Source: Tubulanus polymorphus
Lineage: Eukaryota > Animalia > Nemertea
Assembly (NCBI RefSeq): GCF_964204645.1
Contig: NC_134028.1
Coordinates: 6,076,001 to 6,140,000, forward strand
DNA length: 64,000 bases
Direction: 5' to 3'
Positions 25,634 to 39,031 of this stretch are shown piece after piece; the first letter of the stretch is position 1; the number at the start of each line of letters is the position of its first letter. The notes beneath the pieces were generated by a model that was not told where the DNA came from, did no database searches, and was given only the letters and a program-made list of their open reading frames with translations. Both the position numbers and the translations under genes were made by a program.

Positions 25634-27997
25634 TTAACTATAGGTGTAAGCGGGAGGTGGGTATGCGGGATCATTTTGTGGAGCAAAGCCCGATGTTGGT
25701 CCGGGTGGTGGAAATGCTGGGGGATATTGGGATGGCGGTGGTGGATACATAGTTTTCTGTGGTGGATAAGTCGTCAGGCCGTATCCTTGTTGTGTGGCGT
25801 CGTTGTAGTTCGGTGGCGGAGGATATTGGCTGGTGGAAGCACTTCCCGCTGTTGTAGACACAACAACTGCCCGATTAGGTTGCACTAGTCCTGCAAAGAG
25901 AATATGTGAATTCATCTTTTGATAGAAAGATTTAATCACAAAAATTTTAATCAACGGCATGTTTTACATTTGCGAAAGGATATAATGGTGTTTTATTGAA
26001 ACTATCAACGTTATTATACTAGCGCTCTGGATACCGTTCCTGGGGTTATTGATAATGCATCTGAGTTTGAAGTGGTTGTTCTGCAATTAATTCGCGAAAA
26101 CGTCTAGAAGACGATGGCCGCTGGATTCACGCAGCGACGTCAGGAAATTAACAAACTTCACTTTTCAAATTAAAATGGAAGCTTATATAGTTCATATGGC
26201 ATTTCATATTACTCGTGATATCACAGTTATACATCATATCATTACATCCGATTCTGTGAACTATCAAATTTTCTTCCAGTTATATAAGCGACATTTTTCT
26301 CAAACTTTTGCAGAATAACCACTCCAAACGGATGTACCTTAATCTAGGAACTGTATCCCAAGCCCATCGGCGAGTGCCTGTATGATTAAAACCATTAAAA
26401 GTTCGTTCCATTGGTGTTATTGATGCCGTAACTGTGGGATAGGGTTCTCAATCAAATTCAATCAACAACCGTAAAACAAGAATTTTGATAATTATACTTA
26501 CTTCGCTGCCTGTTCTTTTTTGAGACGACCACAACCGGAATCACGATTAACAGTACTATGATGATGAACACCGATACACCTACGACAGGACCGATCCAAA
26601 ACAAATTGAGCCTGAATTGGCAAGAATAGTGACCCTCATTTCAAACAATCATTGCAAAAGATTATGGCCAATCTACATATCATGTTTTTCTTTATGCTAA
26701 CTTCAAAATTTAATCAGGTTTAAATCTTATGTATTTCAATTGACTTGATACGACGAATTACCCATAGATATAGAAAGAAATAGAATTCACGTCATTTTTT
26801 GCGAGCACAATTTCGAAAATGAAACTAAATTAAGAAAAGTTCTTTCGGGTACATTTAGACTGAATCCTTTAAGAAATACTTTAGAAAAAGGCTAAAAATA
26901 CAAATAAGAATAGGAAAAATAACAAAATAGGCCGGAAGAATAAAATCAGACATTAATTTTGATTGCCTAACCTTATCTACTTACGTCGTGGTCGTGGACG
27001 TTGATGAACTGGATTGATATTTGGAACAACTAGATTTGCTGACGTCGTAATAGTTGTCCGTCCAGTCGATGCCGCTTGATGAAATCGAAGAGCAACAGTA
27101 TTTAAATGTCTTTGACCCGCAACACTTATATGTACAATATTTCGACTCTCTGTAATAACCACTAGAACTACAATATGCGTAACACTTTCCCATCGCGTCT
27201 TTGCCAATTAATTGCCAAAAATTAGTAAGGAAATTGAAATGCACTATCCGCTGATATATAATCGTCAACTTAGAACGTAGAAATTCCTTGGTCTAGCGAA
27301 CGTCAGAATGTACGTGACTATTCAACCGCGAATAGATTATTCTCTGCTGATAAATAACGTCGAAAGAATGGAACGGTGATTCATGTGGGTTTTTTCTAGC
27401 GGGATCTCGTGACTGGCAACCGTCCATAAAACATAACAAACATTGTCGTCACAGAGAGATATTCAAACCAGTACTTCATAAAAGAAAATATTTCTTGATA
27501 TTGTGTTCGTTGGCGTTAATGTGACCTACAGATTATTTGAAAAGTAGCTATTCGCGTCACGGGTAACTTATTTTATGAACCTGAATAAGACATTTATATT
27601 GAAGTATACAAATAGACAAATAATATAAGCATCAAGATACAAGTAAGACATATACATATGGCAGATGTGAACTCAAACCATGGAATCAGTGGATCATGAA
27701 ACCAGTTGTATCGTATCCGTGTAAAGATTGGCCACATCACGACCTTTCAATTTTTGAAAAGGGACATTTCAGGTGAACAGATATGATATGATTGTTATGT
27801 CTCTAGATGAGTTTGCATCTCCGGCGAAAGATTGGTTTTGTTTGCTCATAATATACTGGGGAGATATTTGTCACGGCGTTGCCAACTTGAGCAAGGATGA
27901 TTATTTTAGATTTTAGTTTATCATATTTTTGAGTATCAGCACCAAATAACACTATAGATATCGAATCAATCAAATAGATGCAGAGACGATTACCCAT
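25634..27997 (-). CDS. Shisa-like single-pass membrane protein, type A copy 1 (~194 aa)
   Basis: Exons 27994-27997 (ATGG, tentative), 26985-27198 (CYAYC..C..CCG..KYCC), 26502-26611 (TM WIGPVVGVSVFIIIVLLIVIPVVVVS followed by KKNRQR), 25634-25890 (Pro/Tyr-rich tail with PPNY and PPAY). All phases fit. Confidence 0.8.
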
Positions 27998-28689
27998 ATT
28001 TCAAGATAAAAAACACAATCACAAACTCAACGTAACATCCCGCTACCAGCCTCATTATTTCCGTGATGATACATATGGTGGTTGCCACGGACTACTAAAG
28101 CCTACCTACTGAACAATAATGTAGCGGCCGCTGCAATGGATAATTTATTGACTTTGAATATAAATGTGATAACGCCTATATTTGCCCATTTCTATTCAAT
28201 TCTCTACTTATTACTCAATTCGTTCATTTATCGACTGATTTGTTTTGATTACAAGCTTCACATTCGATCTACTGGTTTCTCTACGCAGCATAGCTATGAA
28301 ATACAGTCAAAAAGCTGAGGTGATGATAGCGTAAGTCTTGCCACCGTCTTGTGCAGCCGAGTGTGAGCAATGATTTTGTTTTAAATTTCGCGTTTTTTTC
28401 ACACTAAGCTCGCGAGCCTTTCCAAACATTCAAATGGAATATTCGAGGATCACAACTTAGTCTTTGAATCCCTTGAGAGGAATAGCGAAAGTACCGGTGA
28501 GACGCCAAACGATTTGGCAGGAGATTCATAGTTTATTAGTTCTCTGATAGGAGCACATCGCAAGCGTCTCACATTGTAAATTTTCTCCCAGATGTTACCC
28601 CTTCACATTTATCGGGTTACTTAGTCAGTTTGTAAAATCCCGTTATCAATGCTTCATTATAATTAAAACGATATCGTTCTTATCGACTG

Positions 28690-29152
28690 TTAAAGAGTTT
28701 CTGATAATATTTCTCCGTGATAGGAAGATTGTTCTGGGTGGTATTCTCGAATTTGGTAAGCTGTGTCGATTATTGAATAAGCCAATGCTGAATACGAGTG
28801 CACAAGTCAGAATAGGCTACATGGGAACCCACCATAAAAAAAAGATCAACGAAATATTCTTGTGAAGTTAAGTTTACGACGTTGAATAAAGATGAATAAT
28901 GAAGACTCAGTAACTGCGCTTGTGACTGAACATTTCGATAAGATTTTTTATCATCATCATTTTTATCATCAATATGGACAAATTTACAAAATACTAACAG
29001 ATCACCAAAGCAAAACCTCCGTTAATATTCCATTGTTCGGTGATTATTTTCATTACGTGTGAGCAACAATATTTATACGTGTTATACTCGCCACAATTCT
29101 GTGATGGAATGGTTGTCGTACCATCCGGCCCGCAGTATGAATAGCACCACAT
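28690..29152 (-). pseudogene. Shisa-like type B pseudogene (B1)
   Basis: MWCYSYCGPDG..QNCG homologue with the CC-G motif deleted, exon phase shifted, TM-exon acceptor AG lost and most of the TM exon deleted relative to B2/B3. Confidence 0.75.
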
Positions 29153-31481
29153 CTTATCTGCAATCTGAATTTATCACCATACCTTTTCATATAGTATCGA
29201 AATCTAAAACTTTTCATATAGTATCGATATCTAAAAATATCAATTTTAATAAGTTAAAACTCACGCATGTATCTTCATAATTGCTTTAATTGGATCACAT
29301 TTTGGTTTCTTTGGTGGCGTTAAAATCGAAGTCACGGGGTACCCGTACCTACTTTCTCATTCATGTCGATGGTGCCAGCTAAACAAATGGATTCCGATAA
29401 CACTGACCTTTCTGAAAAGGACGAATTCTGCTTGTCACCTGAAAGTTCATCTATGACACCCCCATGACTGGATGTCGTGGATGTCATACTGAGACATTTT
29501 TGATGGAATCAAAACAGTGGAATCTCGTTAATACGAATCTTGTGGCAAAAGTGAAATTGCTGTACTAAACGGGTTTCCAAGTATTATCCAAATCTGGATT
29601 GATATTAATATGATGGCTAGGACATGCAGGATATCATCGTGATAAACGGGTTTCGTCATAATAAACAGAATCGTATTAACGACGTTCAACTGTATCAAAG
29701 AAATCTTCCGGCAAACAGGTGAACAGCGACTTACAAAAGCTAGTTCAATCAACTACAGAAAGCAATGAAATGTTACTGCATATATCCCGTACTTTATTTA
29801 TAATTGCATTAGAATAGAATATAAAAAGTTCAAAAATAAGTAAAACACCAACAATGCATATAACGATAATTATCAGTGGAATCTTATATATCCGCATTTC
29901 GATGGTGCCAGCGAAATCAAAATTCAATAATGACTCCTCCGACTGGGTGTCGTGGATGAATTGAAATGCACTATGCACTAGCGTCAAAGTCTAAAAACTT
30001 CCATGGTCGAGTGATATAGTCTCAATTACATCAGAATGTTCGTGACTTTTACAGCCCTAGGCTCGCACTGTCTCCCTCAACGTATGTATGTATAAACTCT
30101 GTATACTTATGTAATGTCCCAATCTTATATCACATAGAAATATGTTATATCAATATCATTAAAAGAATCGAATAGTCCTCATTTGGGTTTTTTCTATCGA
30201 AATCTCGTGACTGGCAACTATCTACGCGACAAACATTGACGTCACAGAAACAGATACAAACCAGTAGACCTACTACAAAAACGAAAATGTTTCCCTTGAT
30301 ATTGTGTTCGATATTGTGACCTACAGATTCTTTGAAAAACGAACTCTTCGCTTTACGGGTTACTATTGTACGAACCTGAAAAAGACATTTGTAAAAAGTA
30401 TACATATACACATGTGATACATGATAAAGTAAAACCTGCATATATTCCTCACCGAGCTCGCCAAAACTACCTTGCATGCTTCTTAAACACAGAACTGTTG
30501 GCGAAAGATAATGTTTTTGCTAAGTTATTTTTTAATGTCAAAGTAGCCCGGTTAAATCTGCTTTACTCTTAAATGAATTTTTCGATATAGCCTATAATTA
30601 GATTTTTATGACTTGAGATTCATCAAATATGTATTTCCTTTTTTATAACTTAAATTGGATCAAATTTCTTGTCTTTCTTGTGGTGTTTAGTCGGAAGTTA
30701 CCTACTGTCATATCGATGGTACCAGTGAAATATGCAAATGGATTCCGGTGACTCTTGACTCTTCTGTAATGGACGAATTCTGTCTCTCCACAAAATCCAA
30801 TTATGACACCTCCAGAACTGGATGCCGTGGATTTTATACTTAAAGATCCCTTTCTTGTGGAATTAATACATCACAGAAATCTTCGGACAAACGGATAAAC
30901 AGAGACATTTTTAGAAAAATCTAGTCGGGTGAACTATAAAACATAGTACTAAGGTACTTATTTGAAATTGCATTCGAATAAGATATGAATAAGTAAAACA
31001 GCAACAACGCATAGTATAACGATAATCTACGGCGGAATGTTATATAGCCATATCGACGGTTCCAGCGAAATATACAATTCGAAACCTTAAGGACTGAATG
31101 TCATGGATGTTAATACTTTGGCATTTTGATGGAATTTGATATCACAGAAATCTTCGGACTAACAAACTAAAAAACTATTCACAAAAGTTAGTCGGATAAA
31201 CTGAATAACACAATACCAGGTTACTGCATGTGCCCGGTATCTTATATAGAATTGCACCAGAATGATATAGAAAACGTTCAAAAATAAATAGACCATCAAT
31301 AACGATAGTTTACAGCAAAACCTTCTAAAAATCGGTAACAGACTGATTATGAAAACTAAATCGGCAATCAATAATTTTTCATGACTATAATTCGGATAAA
31401 AGGAAACCATGTACATCGATTATATTTTTACACTAATCTCTATTTACACGATGAGTGATCATTGGACTGATATCGAGTAAT

Positions 31482-34400
31482 TTAACTATAGGTGTAAGCG
31501 GGAGGTGGGTATGCGGGATCATTTTGTGGAGCAAAGCCCGATGTTGGTCCGGGTGGTGGAAATGCTGGGGGATATTGGGATGGCGGTGGTGGATACATAG
31601 TTTTCTGTGGTGGATAAGTCGTCAGGCCGTATCCTTGTTGTGTGATGTCGTTGTAGTTCGGTGGCGGAGGATATTGGCTGGTGGAAGCACTTCTCGCTGT
31701 TGTAGACACAACAACTGCCCGATTAGGTTGCACTAGTCCTGCAAAGAGAATATGTGAATTCATCTTCTGATAGAAAGATTTAATCACATAAATTTTAATC
31801 GATGGCATGTTTTACATTTGCGAAAGGATATAATGGTGTTTTATTGAAACTATCAACGTTATTATACTAGCGCTCTGGATACCATTCCTGGGGTTATTGA
31901 TAATGCATCTGAGTTTGAAGTGGTTGTTCCGCAATTAATTCGCGAAAATGTCTAGCTTCATAGACTTTTCAAAAGACGATGGCCGCTGGATTCACGCAGT
32001 GACGTCAGGAAATTAACAAACTTCACTTTTCAAATTAAAATGGAAGCTTATATTGTTCATATGACATTCCATATTACTCGTGATATCACAGTTATACATC
32101 ATATCATTACATCCGATTCTGTGAACTATCAAATTGTCTTCCAGTTATATAAGCGACATTCTTCTCAAACTATGGCAGAATTACCACTCCAAACGGATGT
32201 ACATTAATCCAGGAAGAAAGCCACTAAATATTTGGATGGATATATGGAAGCTGTGTGTACTGGAGTGTGTAATGGGTAGTGTAGTGTGATCTGTGTGCAT
32301 TTTGGTGGCCAGCACACAGATCACATTGTTCATTGGGGTTTAGTCCATAACTCGCGAGATTTTCAACAACACGGGAGTAACGTGTAATAAATGATGACTT
32401 GAATTGCATGACTACCTACCACCCCTCATTATTGTTGGAAAACTAAACGTTCCGCACTGACTAAAAATTAGTAATAATAATCAATAACATTTTAGAAATG
32501 GCCAGAATTTTAACTTAGGTTCTATCTCATTTTTATTTTACAATTGCGATTGGTATAATTTTCTTTTAAACGGCCGTTAAGGCTTGATGTTTCGTCTGCA
32601 ATTCACTGCAAATAGTTACGCAACTACGCACATTTCAGTGTTTTTGGCAGCTGTACACTCAATCGGCACCGTTCGTGACTAGCTTCACTGCGGAATTATC
32701 ATTAATTAACATCGCCATATCACATCATCAACTTATATTGTGCCTTAAAACCCTAACAGCCGAAATAATTGAAATGCACACACGATTTCTATCATTGAAA
32801 ATTGAGAGAGTGGCCATGTTTGTGTTTGCTGCTTCGCGTAAATCCCGCGCGGTGGCGCAACCGCGCGGAGTGGGGCCGATACGTCTAGGAACTGTATCCC
32901 AAGCCCATCGGCGAGTGCCTGCATGATTATAACCATTAAAAATTCGTTCCGTTGGTGTTATTGATGCCGTAACTGTGGAACAGGGTTTACAAAAAAATTC
33001 AATCCACAACCGTAAAACAAGAATTTTGATAATTATACTTACTTCGCTGCCTGTTCCTTTTTGAGACGACCACAACCGGAATCACGATTAACAGTACTAT
33101 GATGATGAGCACCGATGCACCTATGACATGACCGAGCCAAGAATAATTGATCCTGAATTGGCAAGAATAGTTATCCTCATTTCAAACAATCATTGCAAAA
33201 GATTATGGCCAATGGACATATGATGTTTTTCTTTATACTAACAAAATTAAATCGGGTTTAATCTTGTGTATTTCAATTGACTTGATACGACGAATTACCC
33301 ATAGATATAGAAAGAAATAGAATTCACGTCATTTTTTGCGAGCACAATTTCGAAAATGAAACTAAATTAAGAAAAGTTCTTTCGGGTACATTTAGACTGA
33401 ATCCTTTAAGAAATACTTTAGAAAAAGGCTAAACATACAAATAAGAATAGGAAAAATAACAAAATAGGCCGGATTGAAAAGAAGAATAAAATCAGACATT
33501 AATTTTGATTGCCTAACCTTATCTACTTACGTCGTGGTCGTGGACGTTGATGAACTGGATTGATATTTGGAACAACTAGATTTGCTGACATCGTAAAAGT
33601 TGTCCGTCCAGTCGAGGGCGCTTTGTGAAAACGAATAGCAACAGTATTTAAATGTCTTAAACCCGCAGCAGTCGTATGGACATAATTTCGACGCTGTGTA
33701 ATAACCACTAGAACTACAATATGCGTAACACTTTCCCATCGCGTCTTTGCCAATTAATTGCCAAAAATTAGTAAGGAAATTGAAATGCACTATCCGCTGA
33801 TATATAATCGTCAACTTAGGACGTACAACTTCCTTGGTCTAGCGAGCGTCAGAATGTACGTGACAATTCAACCGCGAATAGATTATTCTCTGCTCATAAA
33901 TAACGTCGAAAGAACTGGACGGTGATTCATGCGGGTTTTTTTCTAGCAGGATCTCGTGACTGGCAACCGTCACAGAGAGATATTCAAACCACTACTTCAT
34001 AAAAGAAAATATTTCTTGATATTGTGTTCGTTGGCGTTAATGACCTATAGATTATTCGAAAAGTAGCTATTTGCGTCACGGGTAACTTATGAACCCGGAT
34101 AAGACATTTATAAGAAACCAGTTGTTTCTTATCCGTGTAAACATTGGGCACTCCACGACCTTGGGGTGTTGGCATTATTTATATTATAGGGTAAAGGAAA
34201 ACGTGAAGCCCCTGACAACTATAGAGGGATTACCCTCCTTAGTTGTCTCAGCAAACTTTTTACTAATATTTTGAATCAGCGCCTAAATCAATATTTAGAA
34301 GTGAATAATATACTCTTAAAGAACCAGGCCGGTTTTAAAAAGGAACATGGTATTTTAGATCATATTTTTTCCCTGAAGAGTGTAATAGATCTGTTTTTTG

Positions 34401-37238
34401 CAAATGGGAAAAAAATCATATTGCATGTTTATAGATTTCCAAAAATGTTTCGACACTATTAACCGCAAAGCCCTGTGACACAAACTAATAACCTCGGGAA
34501 TTACTGGTAAAATTCTCAACGTAATCTATAACATATACGAAATTGCAAAGTCTTGTGTTAAAGTTAATGGGGAGACATCTGACTTTTTTGAATCTCTTAC
34601 GGGCTTAAGACAGGGAGAAAACCTCTCTCCGATAGTATTCTCTATATTTGTTAAAGACATATCGTTAATGACATATAGAACAATATCTATTAGTAAGACG
34701 AAGGTTGCCAGAGTATCGATTTTCTTAGACCTGACAACTCTATATGGTTTAAACGTTTAGTACTACTTTATGCTGATGATACAGTGTTACTGGCCGAGAA
34801 CCCAGAGAACCTTCAGATATATTAGCAAGTAAAATGGCTGAATACTGTCAGAAATGGCACCTAAAAATTAACGAAGGTTATAGTTTTTGAGAAAAGGAAA
34901 GGCCGCCGCCGACCAAATATAATCATAAACGGCCATCAGATCGAGGTAGTTGTGAATTTTAGGTATTTAGGCATTATTTTTAATAAAAATGGTGAATTCA
35001 CCCTCTGTAGAAAATCTATCGCAGAGCACGCAAACAAGGCGTTGTTTTATGTCCTAAATAAAGTTCAAGAGCATGCCCTCGGAATTGATATTGCAGTACA
35101 ATCATATGACAGTATGGTACTTCCTATTCTTACCTTCGGATGTGAAATTTGGGGATTTGAAAATGTGACTATCCTAGAAAGGATTCAATTGACATTTTTT
35201 AAGTACATTTTAAAGCTAAAGAAGTCAACTCCTACCATTTTCGTGTATGGAGAGTTAGGGCGTTTTCCACTTGAAATTATTATAGAAATTAGATTAATTA
35301 AGTTCTGGGCTAAACTGCGCAATAGCAATAAATTATCATCTGAAATATCGCATGCAATACTAAAGTCTGTGGAGCGTGGTTCCCACCATGACTGGTTAGT
35401 TTTTATCCAAAACACGCTTATAACAAACGGTATTGGACATTTTTGGTACGATAAAACCCCGCATAACCCCGATTATGTAGCGCAAAGTCTGTCACTACGA
35501 TTAAAGGACCAATTTATTCAATATTGGAGGTATCAATGTAATATTTCTAGTATTGCTGAATCATACAAGATATTCAAAACAGAATGGGGATTTGAAACTT
35601 ATCTTACTCAATTGTCAAACGATATAAGGATAACCCTTTGTAGATTTCGATGTTCGAACCACCGTTTAGTAAAACCGTGTCCCACGTGTGAACAGACTTT
35701 GCACAAAATGTAATATGTGAGTTGTCTGTGACAAATTTCATTTTATATCTGTTTGTCCGTTTTTTGCCAATTTCCGTCGATACCTTTTTAGCTCGTACTT
35801 TGTAGATAACCCACAATTACATAAATTTGTAGACTTATTAAGATCATCAGATGTAAAACTCCGAAAGCTTGCCTTATTTATACGAAGATGCCTCATACAT
35901 TTTGAATGATATTGCTGTAACATTTTTTTCGCACATTAACTGTGTAGTGTAATTTTGGTTATATATTAGCCTTGGTTATAACCTATCGTCGATCCAAAAT
36001 ACAACATAATTTTGCTTCTGATATTGTCCTGATATTGTATTGATATTGTATTGTATTGACATTCATGTTGTATTGTCTTTTTGCTCTAAGCAAATGTACT
36101 TTTGTGAGCAATAAAATATTCTATATTCTATTCAATTTTTGAAAAGGGGCATTTCAGGTGAACAGATATGATTGTTATGTCTCTAGATGAGTTTGCATCT
36201 CCGGCGAAAGAATGGTTTTGTATATATTCTGGGGAGATCTTAGTCAAGGCGTTACCAACTTGAGCAAGAATGATTATTTTAGATTTTAATTAATCATATT
36301 TATTAGTATGGGCCAACGGAAACAAAGCAAAACTTTAAACAAAATTTGCCTGAATTCATTCAACTCAGAGCGACTACGCAGATCTTCACATTTGTCAACT
36401 CCTCACTGTGCATGCACATAGAAGTTACGGCCCATCTGATAAATAGTGACTGATGAATTGGATTATTGAAACACTAGTTACCCTGACTGTACAAAAGACA
36501 TAAAAAAGGAATTCACTCTGTTAATTCTGGAGAGAAACTAATTTATTCTGAATACAAAGTTTGACCACAACGACTCAAAACATGTGGCACATCATGTGAA
36601 AATTTACATATATAGTTTCCCCGCCATAGAAATTGGAAAAAAACATTTCTCACATGAGTCGCGACACTATTGTCATGAGATTTTCTTACGAAATCAACCG
36701 AATCCATTAACCATTGATGAAACACTCGTCACGGCGTATTGTGACGATCCCACACTAGTTATTACTTTATCCTCTCCGGTAGTCGTCTTCCAGAAAACTG
36801 TATTCCTGAAGATGACTAGTAGGATGTAGTCGAAAAGTTGAATAAACTACTAGCTCAATGATGTATTCCGGACTTGACTTTTCAGTAGTGAATCAAACAT
36901 TAGGTATTAGTCTGCGGAAAGGGCCGATGGCTGCGAAGGAGTGCCAAGTTGTATAGGACATAGTTTACCGATCGAAGCATGATTGATAAATTCAGGCAAA
37001 TTATTAGCAAATCTGCATAGCTGTAATAAACATGTCTACGTGTCATAAGATAATGTAGAAAACCGATATATTTTGAATATATGTATGATTAAGTGAGACA
37101 TATATATGAAAAACGAAACAAATCCACAGCACGGATGTGAACTTGAAACCAATTGTATATCTTATCTTTGTAAACAGGTTGCGGGAATGACAACACACAA
37201 ATCGAATTAATGAAATATATATAGGGAAAATAACCCAT
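31482..37238 (-). CDS. Shisa-like single-pass membrane protein, type A copy 2
   Basis: Exons 37235-37238 (ATGG, tentative), 33531-33744, 33043-33152, 31482-31738; frame open, same structure as copy 1. Confidence 0.78.
32216..32883. mobile_element. 668-bp segment present only in duplicate unit 2 (intronic)
   Basis: Absent at the paralogous site ~26342. Flanked by TCCAGGAA / TCTAGGAA; GC hairpin at 32845-32868 upstream of CTAG. Confidence 0.6.
34163..36131 (+). mobile_element. 5'-truncated, decayed RTE-X-like LINE in intron 1 of the A2 gene
   Basis: Frameshifted RT motifs (DNYRGITL, NQAGF, GLRQG, YADD, YLG, GELGRFPL, FRCSNH); AATAAA plus an (ATTCT)-type tail. The empty site GACCTT^TCAATTTTTG is at ~27746 in unit 1. 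Confidence 0.9.
36801..36844 (+). ncRNA. Minimal hammerhead ribozyme motif (slightly degenerate)
   Basis: TATTC-CTGAAGA-T-GACTA(loop)TAGTC-GAAA-AGTT-GAATA. Confidence 0.5.
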
Positions 37239-37575
37239 ATTTCAAGATTTTAAAAAAAGTAGTGTTAAACACAACCACAAAAGTAGAATTTCAAGTTCAC
37301 GTTACCAACCTCACTTATTTTCCGTGATGACATATTCACACGGACTACTAAAGGCTACCTCCTAAATAAATGTAGCGACTACTGCAATGAATTAACTTCA
37401 TGTGATAAGGTGGTCTATATCTGCCTATTTCTCAATTCTCTATTAATCATTCGTTCATTTATCGAGTGATTTGTTTTTGATTGCCAACCTCATTTATGAT
37501 CTACTGGTTTCTCTAGACAGCACAGGTATTAAGTACAGTATATAAGCCGAGGTGATGATGTCGTGAAGAGCGTTA

Positions 37576-37913
37576 AGGCGGGCGTAGGTCGGCCTTGCGA
37601 CGGCTTACGACTCACTGCGACGCGACTCACTGCGACCGCCAGCGACGATCGCGTCGCAACGACTCACCGACCTACGCTACTTTGCGACTGCCAGCGACGG
37701 GTTGCGACTGCCAGCGACGCCAGTCGCAATGAGTCGCACATGTTCTACTTTCTGCGACGCGATGCGACCGTCGCAACCGACCTGCGTGCTGTTGCGACTG
37801 GCAGCAACTAGTCGCACACAGTCGCTGACAGCCGCATCACAACCGACTTGCGCGGCCACCTGTGACGCAACGCGACGATCGCGTCGGATCGCAAGGCCGA
37901 CCTACGCCCGGCT
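37576..37913. mobile_element. PIF/Harbinger-type MITE
   Basis: 25-bp TIR AG(G/C)CGGGCGTAGGTCGGCCTTGCGA, TTA TSD, internal GCGAC/GTCGC repeats; absent at the paralogous site ~28332. Confidence 0.85.
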
Positions 37914-38268
37914 TTAGTCTTGCAACCGCCTTGTGTTACATCCGGATGCAAGAAATGAGTTTCTTTAGATACCAGGTTTAACACTAAGCTCATGAGCCTT
38001 TCCGAACGTTCATATGGAATATTCTAGGATCGCAACTTTTGGACCCTTTGAAAAGAATAGCGAAGGTACCGATGAGACACCAAACGATTTGGAGATTCAT
38101 AGTTTATTAGTTCTTTGTAAAATAGATAGAAAAGCGTACATTGTCAATTTCATTTTTCTCAGATGTCACCCCTTCACATCGAAGGATTCAGCGGGTTACT
38201 TATTCACTTTGTATAATCAATTTTTAGTACTGCTTCATTTTAGTTAACGATATCGTCCTTATCGACCG

Positions 38269-39031
38269 TTAAACTGATTGTTTTGGAGGGTATATTTGAT
38301 TTTGATAAGTGGTGTCACCCGTACCATAAGCCGGTGGTAGCAGTCCGGGGGCACTTGGGACAGCGGCATTTGTGATTCGTGTATACGAACTTCGGTTATG
38401 AGACATAGCTTGTATTTGCGCTGAAAAAAAAGCCAAAAATGCATCACATCTCAATCATCTGATCGTGTGACTGGGAAATTTCCTTCAGTGTAATTACTAG
38501 ACTAAACTCGACCATGCCAAGGAACCTGTCCGCTGATCGAACCATGCCCCAAAACGAAGAGGAAATTTGGTTGGGTACACGACCAACTTACCCAATCTCT
38601 GTCTTTTGTATCTGCGTACCAGTAGAAACGCGACTATGGATATAATAGTAAACACAACAGCACAAATCGCAATAGGCAAAACGATAATCCACCAACTAAT
38701 AAAAGAAAGATCAATAAAATATTTCATTCTTGTGAAGTCATGTTTGCGATGAATAATGAAGGTTGAGTAATTACACTCGAAAGTGAACATTTCGATGAGG
38801 CATTTTATCATCTAGTTTTTCATCATCAATTTCGACCAAATTACAGAATACTTACTGATCAGCAAGGCACACATTCGATTCTCCGCCGTAATTCCATTTT
38901 CCGGATATTATGTACATCGCGTTTGAGCAACAATATTTATACAAGTTCGTCCCGCAACAAAATTGCATGCCACAATTCTGTGATGGCATGGTCGTTTTAC
39001 CATCCGGCCCGCAGTATGAATCGCACCACAT
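38269..39031 (-). CDS. Shisa-like single-pass membrane protein, type B copy B2 (~143 aa)
   Basis: Exons 38856-39031 (MWCDSYCGPDG..NCGMQFCCGTNLYKYCC), 38592-38695 (TM WWIIVLPIAICAVVFTIISIVAFLLV followed by RRYKRQR), 38269-38420 (PPAY). Confidence 0.8.

Noticed and set aside
37563-37993. Overlapping ORFs on both strands
   Set aside because: Artefacts of the GC-rich Harbinger MITE's internal repeats.
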